This document shows, piece after piece, positions 8,922 through 16,751 of a stretch of DNA of 32,000 nucleotides. The notes beneath the pieces are model-generated. The model was given only the letters and a program-made list of their open reading frames with translations. It had not been told where the DNA came from and ran no database searches. The stretch is from Pirellula staleyi DSM 6068 (GTDB taxonomy: Bacteria; Planctomycetota; Planctomycetia; Pirellulales; Pirellulaceae), in NCBI GenBank assembly GCA_000025185.1, contig CP001848.1, positions 5,160,001 through 5,192,000 of the forward strand, written 5' to 3'. A program made the translations under genes and the position numbers. Within the stretch, counting starts at the first letter, position 1. Every line of letters starts with the position of its first letter.

Positions 8922-10541
8922 ATGACCAGTAGCGGAAGTGACAAGCGGCTATTTTGGGCCTGCTTTATTTCGCTGATTGCCACCGCATTTGGCTTTGTCA
9001 TTCGCACAATGATCATTGCCGACTGGGGTAAAGAATTCGGCCTTACTGAAACGCAAAAAGGTGAAATCTTTGGCGTCGGTTTGTGGCCGTTCGCAATCAG
9101 CATCGTGCTCTTCAGTTTGGTGATCGATCGCATCGGATATGGCCGCGCAATGATCTTTGCGTTTGTCTGCCACGTTCTCTCGGCGGTGATCACAATTTTT
9201 GCGACTGGCTACTGGTCGCTCTACATCGGTACATTCATTTGTGCTTTGGCCAATGGAACTATTGAAGCGGTGATCAACCCGGTTGTTGCCACCGTCTTCG
9301 CCAAAGAAAAAACCAAGTGGCTCAACATCTTGCATGCCGGTTGGCCAGGTGGTTTGGTGCTGGGTGGTTTGATCACACTGGTGATGAATTCGTTTGCTGG
9401 TGGTGGTGGCGAAGGTGAAGCCGCTGCGGCTGCTACGATTGGCGGCTTGGCACTCTGGAAGTGCAAAGTGATGCTGATTCTGCTTCCAACCATTGCCTAT
9501 GGCATTCTGATGATTGGCTGCAAGTTCCCCATCAGCGAACGCGTTTCTGCTGGTGTGTCGTACAAAGACATGCTCAAGGAATCGGGTTTTGCTGGTGCTG
9601 CCATCGTGGTTGCTCTGATCGTTTGGGAAGTCGGTCGCGTGATCGAAGCCGCCGGCCTGCAAGAGGGTTGGTTCACCGCAGCAGCAGTTGCTTCGTATGC
9701 CTCGTACGTCAAGATTGGTGTGATCGGCTTGATTACACTTGCCTACGGCCTATACGTGCAGTCGATCGGCCGCCCGATGTTCGTGTTTCTGCTGCTCGTG
9801 ATGATTCCACTGGCGACGACCGAACTCGGCACCGACAGCTGGATCACTCCGCTGATGGAAACGAAGATGAACGAGAATGGCCTCGCCGGCATTTGGGTGC
9901 TCATCTACACCTCAGCGATCATGATGGTTTTGCGATTTTTCGCAGGTCCGATCGTCCACCGCATTTCGCCACTCGGTCTGCTCTGTGGCAGCAGCGTGAT
10001 TGCCGCTGCAGGTCTGGTTGCCATTTCGTATAGCACCACGCTCGGAACCATTTTCCTCGCAGCCACGCTCTATGGGCTTGGCAAGTCGTTCTTCTGGCCC
10101 ACCATGCTCGGTGTCGTGGCTGAACAGTTCCCCAAGGGTGGCGCTCTCACACTGAACACCATGGGTGGCGTCGGCATGCTCGGTGTAGGGGTGATTGGTG
10201 CTTCGTTCCTCGGGTATTTGCAAGATTCGCGCGTGACAACGCAGCTCGAAGCAAAAGATCCTGAAGTCTACGCACGCGTGGTTTCAGCCGACGAAAAGAC
10301 TTGGGTAATGTCGTGGGCTACCGGCCCTTACAAGGCTCTCGACGCTGCAAAACTCGGTGCCGAGAATGCAGAAAAGCAAGCCGAAGTAAAGTCGCTCACC
10401 GCCGAAGTACAACAGAGCTCGCTTCGCACTGTTGCGATCCTCCCTGTGATCATGTTCGCTTGCTTTGCAGCACTGCTGGGCTACTTCATGAGCCGCGGTG
10501 GCTACAAACCTGCTGAAGTTGGTGGCGGCGGACACCATTAA
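8922..10541 (+). CDS. MFS transporter (sugar/FHS-permease-like)
   Basis: 539 aa with more than 12 hydrophobic segments. It has MFS-like loop motifs (VIDRIGYGRAM; ALANGTIEAVINPVVATVF). ATG 8922 has GGAG about 10 nt upstream. A hydrophilic insert of roughly 70-80 aa (QDSRVTTQLEAKDPEVYARV...KQAEVKSLTAEVQQSS) precedes the last TM helix. Confidence 0.75.
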   Translation: MTSSGSDKRLFWACFISLIATAFGFVIRTMIIADWGKEFGLTETQKGEIFGVGLWPFAISIVLFSLVIDRIGYGRAMIFAFVCHVLSAVITIFATGYWSLYIGTFICALANGTIEAVINPVVATVFAKEKTKWLNILHAGWPGGLVLGGLITLVMNSFAGGGGEGEAAAAATIGGLALWKCKVMLILLPTIAYGILMIGCKFPISERVSAGVSYKDMLKESGFAGAAIVVALIVWEVGRVIEAAGLQEGWFTAAAVASYASYVKIGVIGLITLAYGLYVQSIGRPMFVFLLLVMIPLATTELGTDSWITPLMETKMNENGLAGIWVLIYTSAIMMVLRFFAGPIVHRISPLGLLCGSSVIAAAGLVAISYSTTLGTIFLAATLYGLGKSFFWPTMLGVVAEQFPKGGALTLNTMGGVGMLGVGVIGASFLGYLQDSRVTTQLEAKDPEVYARVVSADEKTWVMSWATGPYKALDAAKLGAENAEKQAEVKSLTAEVQQSSLRTVAILPVIMFACFAALLGYFMSRGGYKPAEVGGGGHH

Positions 10542-10579
10542 GCACGCTCCGTCAGACGAGCGACTGAATCGTCAACAAG

Positions 10580-10631
10580 AAGCTGACCTGCGAGTGATCG
10601 AATCGATCGAAGCTCGCGGGTCAGCTTTTTT
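10580..10631 (+). terminator. intrinsic terminator after the MFS gene
   Basis: AAGCTGACC (10580-10588) pairs with GGTCAGCTT (10618-10626), with an inner CTGCGAG/CTCGCGG helix. It is followed directly by a T-run (TTTTTT). It sits between the convergent MFS and tilS genes. Confidence 0.7.
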
Positions 10632-10690
10632 CATGCGCCGAGGAGCTCGATGCGGAAAAACTCGCGCAGTGAAAACGCAACGAATAGCAG

Positions 10691-11788
10691 CTACTTCTCG
10701 AGCATGCGAAGCGCAAGGCCAGTGGCGGTTCGCGTGGCCTGAATGCGTGGTGGGAACATCCAAGCGGCTGTCGTGACCGCTTCGCGCGACAACAGCAGCC
10801 CCACCAACTGCTCGAGATGCTTTTGTGTCAGGTCCTTCCGCGGCCAATTTTGCTGCTTCCAGACATGCACCAAGATTTCCGCGACAAGATAAGGCTCGAT
10901 CGTTTCATTTGGGCGACTGACGAGGACCCGATTCTCGCGCGACTCGACCAGCGAGTCGAACTGCGCGAGGACGAGCCGATCGACAATCTGCTGCGCTTGC
11001 GCCGCCTGCGACGAGAGTCGCAGCAGGGCTTCGCTACACCCGGGCATTTCATGCTCGAGCATCGGCAGCACCAGATTGCGAATCCGGTTGCGTGTGAAGG
11101 TGTCTTCGTCGTTGGTCGCATCGTCGCAGTAGGGCTGATCGAGGCTCGCAAGATACTCGAGCACTTCGCTGCGTGTGATGCTGAGCATCGGCCGCAGCAG
11201 CGTGACTGCTGGAGAGAGTGTCCGAGCACGGGGCATACCAGCGATCCCCGCGATGCCTGTTCCTCGGAGCATTCGAAACAGGACCGTTTCGAGTTGATCG
11301 TTTTCAGTGTGTCCGGTGATGACGTAGCGGCATCCCCGGGCCTCAGCCGCTTGGGTAAAGAAGTGGTAGCGTGCCTCGCGAGCTGCCGCTTCCATCCCGC
11401 CTCCAGTGGCTACAATTGGCTGTAGGGGGCGGCCCGTGCAGCACTCGCGCTGCATCCCCCGGGCAAGTTCCACTACAAAAGCCTCGTCGGCATCGGCTGC
11501 TTCGCCGCGCAGCTGATGGTTGAAATGGAGCACAACAATCCGGGGCTCTGCGCGCGAGGTCCCTGGCTCGCAGCGCGCCGCAAGTTCGGCCATCCCGCGT
11601 AAAAGGGCCACGCTATCAGCCCCTCCCGAGACAGCCACCGCCACGGCATGCTCGCGCCACCGCTCGAGCGGCCAGGCTGATTCAAGTTTTGCCAGGAATA
11701 GTGTCACCGGTTTTTTCGCTTCTTTTCGCCAGCTCCGAGCAGCGACTTGGGCAATCGTGGAGCACGAAGACCCTCCAAATGGTTGCAC
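10691..11788 (-). CDS. tilS: tRNA(Ile)-lysidine synthetase
   Basis: PP-loop motif AVAVSGGADSVALL, followed by VLHFNHQLRGEAADADEAFV and ITGHTENDQLETVLFRMLRG. The longest ORF starts at GTG 11788. An in-frame GTG at 11707 (VTLFLAKLES...) would give a more typical distance to the SGGxDS motif. Confidence 0.88.
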   Translation of the reverse strand: MQPFGGSSCSTIAQVAARSWRKEAKKPVTLFLAKLESAWPLERWREHAVAVAVSGGADSVALLRGMAELAARCEPGTSRAEPRIVVLHFNHQLRGEAADADEAFVVELARGMQRECCTGRPLQPIVATGGGMEAAAREARYHFFTQAAEARGCRYVITGHTENDQLETVLFRMLRGTGIAGIAGMPRARTLSPAVTLLRPMLSITRSEVLEYLASLDQPYCDDATNDEDTFTRNRIRNLVLPMLEHEMPGCSEALLRLSSQAAQAQQIVDRLVLAQFDSLVESRENRVLVSRPNETIEPYLVAEILVHVWKQQNWPRKDLTQKHLEQLVGLLLSREAVTTAAWMFPPRIQATRTATGLALRMLEK

Positions 11789-12054
11789 CTCTGGCCAGCT
11801 TTGCTAACATACCTGAGTCTGGCGCAGTGACAACGTTGTCGCTGGGCCCGGCAATTGGAAAATAGTTACCACAGATTACTGCTTTGATTTTGCGAGCTTG
11901 GTGGTTGAGTTAGATCGCTTGGCTTGCAGAACCGTCCGACACCAGGTTGACATTATCGTTTTCTGATCCCGGCGGCATTCGCCCGCTGTGATTAGTTGTT
12001 CTGGTCCTTGTGTTTCACTGGCATTCAAGCCACTAGCGTTCGGGGAATGGATCG

Positions 12055-12342
12055 ATGTACCTGATCCTGCTCGTAGTCGAGTGGTTTGTCAGCTGGTTTT
12101 CTTTCGGTGGCCATTTGCCACCGCACGGAAATGCTACGCAAAATGGTCAACGAGCCCTGATCGCGATTGGTCGCGACGGCCGTGGCCAAATGGTTGCGTC
12201 GCGTTCTCCCTGGGAAAACTGGTGGGCAGCTTGGATGGCCTGGTGGAAGGAGTGGTTAGCACCTAGCGCAAGCTCGCGTGCCCCTTTGCCCCCGCCGGAT
12301 GATCTCCGCCGAAGGCCTCCAGCTCGTGGTGGTGGAACTTAA
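12055..12342 (+). CDS. weak candidate small membrane protein (95 aa, Trp-rich)
   Basis: The ATG has GGGGAA 8-9 nt upstream. The N-terminus is hydrophobic (MYLILLVVEWFVSWFSFGG), followed by WENWWAAWMAWWKEWL. Third-position composition is not convincingly coding and I recognise no family. It is listed only because it is the sole plausible ORF in a ~930-bp gap. Confidence 0.2.
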   Translation: MYLILLVVEWFVSWFSFGGHLPPHGNATQNGQRALIAIGRDGRGQMVASRSPWENWWAAWMAWWKEWLAPSASSRAPLPPPDDLRRRPPARGGGT

Positions 12343-12723
12343 ACTTCCCCCTCGCCGGTATGCGATGCACGTTTGCTGGGTTCGCCGCACCTCTTGTCTA
12401 TCAGGTGCATGAAGCGAGCTTGGTAAGTGCGATTGCATAGCAGCAGGTGCACCTCGCGCTCGCACATGGGAATCAGTGTACGAGTGACTTGTCATAATGT
12501 CGTCGCGTAAGTTCGTCCGGATCGCGATCTCACTACGCTTTTGTAGTGGCAAAGCGGCTCCGACCTGCTGGACGTTTCTGTAAGCTTCTCGCCGATGGGC
12601 TGTTCCTCGCGTCTACGTGGCGCTGGGAACCGGCCGATCATTTTGCGAGAACGGGCGACCTCGCTCCCGCATCACCGGCTCCTGCATCGCATCAATCTGG
12701 CATCACTTTTGAGGGAGCCAGTT

Positions 12724-14283
12724 GTGACAGGAACTCAGGTACTTGTGACCGTGATTGCAGTGGCCGTGGCGTCGGGATTGACGTTTGCGGTCCTCCGATT
12801 CTTGGATCGCCTGCGGAAGGTCGACGCCGAAAATGCCGCCAAGGAAATCGTGAACCGCGCCGAGCGCGATGCTGCTTCCAAAGTGAAGGAAGCGGAACTC
12901 GCCATCAAAGAAAAAGAGCTCGCGCAGAAGGCAGAATCCGAGCGATTGCTCTCGAAATCGCGGGAAGAGATCCGCGACCGCGAACGAACGCTGGATAAGC
13001 GGCAAGAGACGCTGCATCAGCAGTCGGAAGATCTCCGCAAGCAAGAGCGGATTGTGGAAGCGACCCAGCGCCGACTGGCCGAGAAACTCGACGAAGCCGG
13101 TAAGCGGAACGAAGAACTCGGCAAGATGGTCGATCAGCAGAAACAGGCTCTCTATTCGATCAGCGGCCTTTCGGAAGCCGAAGCGACGCGCCGATTGCTC
13201 GGCGAACTCGAAAAACAACTCGAACAAGAGATGGGCTCGCTCATCATCCGCCAAGAGAAGCGGATGGCAGAAGTGGTCGATCAGAAGTCGCGCGATATTC
13301 TGCTCACAGCAATGCAGCGTTATGCCGCCGCTCACACCGCCGAAAGCACCACCAGTACCGTTGATATTCCAAGCGACGAGATGAAGGGTCGGATCATCGG
13401 CCGCGAAGGGCGCAACATTCGTACGTTCGAAAAGGCGACCGGTGTCGACGTGATCATCGACGATACGCCGGGCGTGGTGATTGTCAGCGGCTTTGATCCA
13501 GTGCGCCGCGAAATCGCTCGTCAAACGCTCAACAAGCTGATCGCCGACGGACGGATCCACCCCTCACGCATCGAGGAAATCGCCGCCGAAACGACCAAAG
13601 AGATCGAAGGCTTCATCCAGAAAAAGGGAGAAGAAGCGGCTCAGGAAGTGAACATTCACGGCATTCATCCCAAAGTGCTGTACATGCTCGGCCGCTTGCA
13701 TTTCCGCACCAGCTACAGCCAAAACGTGCTCCGCCATAGCGTGGAAGTGGCGTTCCTGTCGGGTCTGCTTGCTGAAATGGTGGGGCTCGATGGGGATGTT
13801 GCACGGCGCGCGGGTCTCTTGCACGATATCGGTAAGGCGGCCGATCACGAGCTCGAGGGTGGTCACCCGAAAATTGGTGCCGACCTGCTGAAGCGTCACG
13901 GCGAAAAAATCGAGATCGTCCATGCCGCCTTGGGGCATCACGACGAAATCATCACCGAGTATCCCTACACCATGCTTGTGGCCACTGCCGACGCCTGCAG
14001 CGCGTCGCGCCCTGGTGCTCGTCGCGAGTCGCTCGAGCGTTATATCAAGCGGATGGAAGAACTCGAGTCGATTGCCGTCGGCTTTCCTGGTGTCGAACAA
14101 GCGTTTGCGATTCAAGCCGGTCGCGAACTGCGCGTGATCGCCAGCAGCCGCGATACCGACGATGCCAAGGCAGCCAAGATTTGCCGCGACATTGCCAAAG
14201 CCTTTGAAGAGCAACTGACCTATCCCGGTGAAATCAAAGTGACTGTTGTCCGCGAATCGCGGTTCACGGAGGTAGCGAAGTAG
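12724..14283 (+). CDS. rny: ribonuclease Y
   Basis: GTG 12724 is preceded by GAGGGA. It has an N-terminal TM helix ([19 protein letters not shown]), a long Glu/Lys/Arg coiled-coil, a KH domain ([26 protein letters not shown]) and an HD domain (LLHDIGKA...ALGHHD). The 43 upstream codons in the ORF track are non-coding-like. Confidence 0.93.
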   Translation: MTGTQVLVTVIAVAVASGLTFAVLRFLDRLRKVDAENAAKEIVNRAERDAASKVKEAELAIKEKELAQKAESERLLSKSREEIRDRERTLDKRQETLHQQSEDLRKQERIVEATQRRLAEKLDEAGKRNEELGKMVDQQKQALYSISGLSEAEATRRLLGELEKQLEQEMGSLIIRQEKRMAEVVDQKSRDILLTAMQRYAAAHTAESTTSTVDIPSDEMKGRIIGREGRNIRTFEKATGVDVIIDDTPGVVIVSGFDPVRREIARQTLNKLIADGRIHPSRIEEIAAETTKEIEGFIQKKGEEAAQEVNIHGIHPKVLYMLGRLHFRTSYSQNVLRHSVEVAFLSGLLAEMVGLDGDVARRAGLLHDIGKAADHELEGGHPKIGADLLKRHGEKIEIVHAALGHHDEIITEYPYTMLVATADACSASRPGARRESLERYIKRMEELESIAVGFPGVEQAFAIQAGRELRVIASSRDTDDAKAAKICRDIAKAFEEQLTYPGEIKVTVVRESRFTEVAK

Positions 14284-14433
14284 GACGGGACTTAGGGACT
14301 CCAGGCTTGTGGGCAAGAGAGTTGCCTGCTGGCCTCGGTCGCTCAGAGCCGTCCACGATCAGCTTTCCGTTTGGGAATTCCGCTTCTCCCAGCCTCGAGT
14401 CCCTCGCACCTTCAAGGCCGAAGGCCACGCCTG

Positions 14434-15261
14434 ATGAACCTCCTGCTGATTGGCGATATTGTGGGGAAACCGGGGATGCGGGTGACGCTCGCCGCGGTTC
14501 CTTACTTGCGCGAGAAGGAGCCGATCGACTTCGTGATCGCTAATGCCGAGAACGCGGCCGACGGAAGCGGGCTGAGCCCTAACAGCTACAAGAGGCTGAT
14601 TGCTGCCGGGGTCGATTGCGTCACGCTTGGCGACCATATCTATCGCCGGAGCGAGATCGTGCCGGTGCTGAAGGGAGAAACGCGCATCGTGAAGCCGGCG
14701 AATTTCCCCGCCGATGCGCCGGGGCGAACCTGGACTGTCGTCAACTCGGCAGCAGGTGTTCCTGTCGCGGTGATTAGTGTTCTGGGACGCGTTTTTATGC
14801 GTCCTGTCGACTGTCCGTTTCATGCTGTCGAAAAAGCGCTTGCCGAGATTCCACCCGAAGTGAAGATTCGCGTGATCGACATGCACGCGGAGGCGACCAG
14901 CGATAAGCAGCTGATGGCCCGCATGGTGGACGGCCGCGTGAGTGCCGTGCTCGGAACCCACACCCATGTGACGACAGCCGACGAGCAAATTTTGCCCGGC
15001 GGCACGGCGATGCAATGCGATGTGGGGATGACCGGTCCCTATGAAAGTATCTTGGGGCGGCGCATCGACCGGGTCCTCTCGACCACGCTCAATTTCGAGC
15101 CGACGCACTTCGATGTCGCCACCGAAGATGTCCGCTTGGCAGCAACGGTGGTGAACATCGACCCCGCGACAGGCCGTGCGCGATCAATCCGGCGGCTGAT
15201 GGTGCGTGAAGTCGATTTGCCAATCACCCCTGCTAGCAAAGAACTGCCACCGCTGATGTAG
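14434..15261 (+). CDS. ymdB: YmdB-family metallophosphoesterase (2',3'-cyclic-nucleotide phosphodiesterase-like)
   Basis: MNLLLIGDIVGKPG...VIANAENAADGSGL...VTLGDHIY...RPANFP...IDMHAEATSDK...VLGTHTHVTTADEQILPGGTAMQCDVGMTGPYESILG is collinear with B. subtilis YmdB (MRILFIGDVVGSPG...NGENAAHGKGL...GTHTHVQTAD...DVGMTGPYDGILG). It lies immediately downstream of rny, as in Bacillus. Start at ATG 14434. Confidence 0.9.
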   Translation: MNLLLIGDIVGKPGMRVTLAAVPYLREKEPIDFVIANAENAADGSGLSPNSYKRLIAAGVDCVTLGDHIYRRSEIVPVLKGETRIVKPANFPADAPGRTWTVVNSAAGVPVAVISVLGRVFMRPVDCPFHAVEKALAEIPPEVKIRVIDMHAEATSDKQLMARMVDGRVSAVLGTHTHVTTADEQILPGGTAMQCDVGMTGPYESILGRRIDRVLSTTLNFEPTHFDVATEDVRLAATVVNIDPATGRARSIRRLMVREVDLPITPASKELPPLM

Positions 15262-15403
15262 CCACCATCGAGATGGCCTGCTGACGCTTCGCCTCCTGAC
15301 GATCGGTTAACTAGCACGTCGTTTTGGGGCAGATTACATTCAAGCATGAGCCTGCCGGTCGAACTGGCGCGCCTTTGTCACGCAATCTCTTTCGGAATCG
15401 ATC

Positions 15404-15886
15404 TTGCGGAGCCTTGCTTTGGTCAGCTATTCTCCCGCCGCAAATCGAGCTATCGCGCCAGAGCCTCCGCGCCTGGTGTGGTGGCAGCGATCCATTGCCT
15501 TGATCTTGGGCTTTGGAGCCATCACGCTGCTGGTGGTTGCATCGCAACTGACGCCGAGTTCCTCGGGTTTTGGCACGCATCGACAGCTGGGACTTGCCGA
15601 GTGCACCATGGTGCAATTGGCGGGAATTCGCTGTCCGGCGTGCGGCATGACCACATCGTGGGCCTATGCCACGCGAGGCAATCTGGTGGCAGCAGCGCGA
15701 ACCAACAGCGGCGGACTGACACTCGCCCTCGCGGCGATGATTGGTGGTCCGTGGTTTGCCGTTTCGGGACTTATTGGCCGTTGGTGGCTGGTGAAGTTCC
15801 GCGATGGACCGGCCGTGGCCGTGTGTGTGTTTGTGGTAGTGATTACCTTGATCGACTGGGGCGTTCGACTCTCGATGGCGAGTTGA
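15404..15886 (+). CDS. DUF2752-like membrane protein
   Basis: The motif CTMVQLAGIRCPACGMTTSW (Cys cluster with CPxCG) is followed by two or more TM helices, which is the hallmark of DUF2752. The overlapping frame 15346-15900 translates to junk. The start (TTG 15404) is uncertain. Confidence 0.6.
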   Translation: MRSLALVSYSPAANRAIAPEPPRLVWWQRSIALILGFGAITLLVVASQLTPSSSGFGTHRQLGLAECTMVQLAGIRCPACGMTTSWAYATRGNLVAAARTNSGGLTLALAAMIGGPWFAVSGLIGRWWLVKFRDGPAVAVCVFVVVITLIDWGVRLSMAS

Positions 15887-15966
15887 TGCTCGAAGTTTAG
15901 TTTTGATTGTTCGACCGATCTTGCTCGCAGGGATGTGGAGCAGCATCGACAGGCAAAGGAGTGCCC

Positions 15967-16623
15967 ATGACCAGCCGACGAAATGTGCTCAAACTGCTAT
16001 CGCTCGGATCGCTCGCAGCGATCACTAGCACGGCGCCAGGCTGTGGATTCATGGCCCAGATGATGTATCTGGTGCAAGGTGACAAGGTCGACGCAAAGTT
16101 CAGCGGACTCGAGAACAAACGGGTAGCCGTGGTTTGTCTCGATGCCAATTCACTCGGTGGTCCTGGGAGCGAAGCCGACGCGCTCGCTCGTCAAATCGGG
16201 GTGACACTGGGGTACAACGTGCCGGGAATCGATTTGGTACGCCAGGCGGAAGTGGAAGACTGGATCGACAACCACAACGGCGATGTGACCGACTATCGCG
16301 AGATTGGCCGGGGTGTGAAGGCCGACATGGTGCTCGGCATCGATTTGGGATCGTTCAGCATCCATGAAGGGCAAACCTTGCTGAAAGGTCGCGCCAACGT
16401 CAGCACCCGCGTTTACGACATGAAGCAGGGGGGCAAAGTGGTTTTTGAGAGCCCTCGCCAGGAGATTCGCTTTCCTGAGAACGGTGCTCGCCACGTGACG
16501 GAAGGGGATGCCAACTTCCGCACGATCTTCCTGCACACGCTGTCGCAGCGGATCGCCAAGGACTTCTACGCCTACGATCGAATTGAAGACTACGGACTCG
16601 ATGCCGCCTTCATCGGCGACTGA
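15967..16623 (+). CDS. Tat-type lipoprotein, function unknown
   Basis: ATG 15967 is preceded by AAGGAG with a 5-nt spacer. The signal MTSRRNVLKLLSLGSLAAITSTAPGC combines a twin-arginine motif with a lipobox Cys. The mature part is a ~190-aa alpha/beta-looking domain. I recognise no family. Confidence 0.65.
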   Translation: MTSRRNVLKLLSLGSLAAITSTAPGCGFMAQMMYLVQGDKVDAKFSGLENKRVAVVCLDANSLGGPGSEADALARQIGVTLGYNVPGIDLVRQAEVEDWIDNHNGDVTDYREIGRGVKADMVLGIDLGSFSIHEGQTLLKGRANVSTRVYDMKQGGKVVFESPRQEIRFPENGARHVTEGDANFRTIFLHTLSQRIAKDFYAYDRIEDYGLDAAFIGD

Positions 16624-16660
16624 TCCTAGCTAAGACCTTTCAGCAGACACCAACAAAAAA

Positions 16661-16686
16661 GGCCAGCGACGCAAACGTCACTGGCC
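16661..16686. terminator. bidirectional intrinsic terminator between convergent genes
   Basis: GGCCAGCGACG-CAAA-CGTCACTGGCC forms an 11-bp stem with one mismatch. It is flanked by A6 on the left, which reads as U6 after the stem on the minus strand (the vWA gene transcript). On the right is TTCGATGTTT, a weaker U-tract for the plus-strand lipoprotein gene. Confidence 0.65.
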
Positions 16687-16701
16687 TTCGATGTTTCTTG
16701 A

Positions 16702-16730
16702 CCGCACGCTGTTTGAAGCTGAGCGTGCGG
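16702..16730. terminator. second perfect hairpin in the convergent gap
   Basis: CCGCACGCT (16702-16710) and AGCGTGCGG (16722-16730) form a perfect 9-bp stem with an 11-nt loop. No U-tract follows, so it is probably a transcript-stabilising or auxiliary terminator hairpin. Confidence 0.4.
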
Positions 16731-16751
16731 CAAGCTTAGCTCGTGGGAGTC

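Noticed and set aside
12703-14316. Minus-strand ORFs 12703-13560 (285 aa) and 13564-14316 (250 aa) opposite rny
   Set aside because: These are antisense shadows of a gene with clear KH and HD domains. Their translations are Phe/Leu/Arg/His-rich with no motifs.
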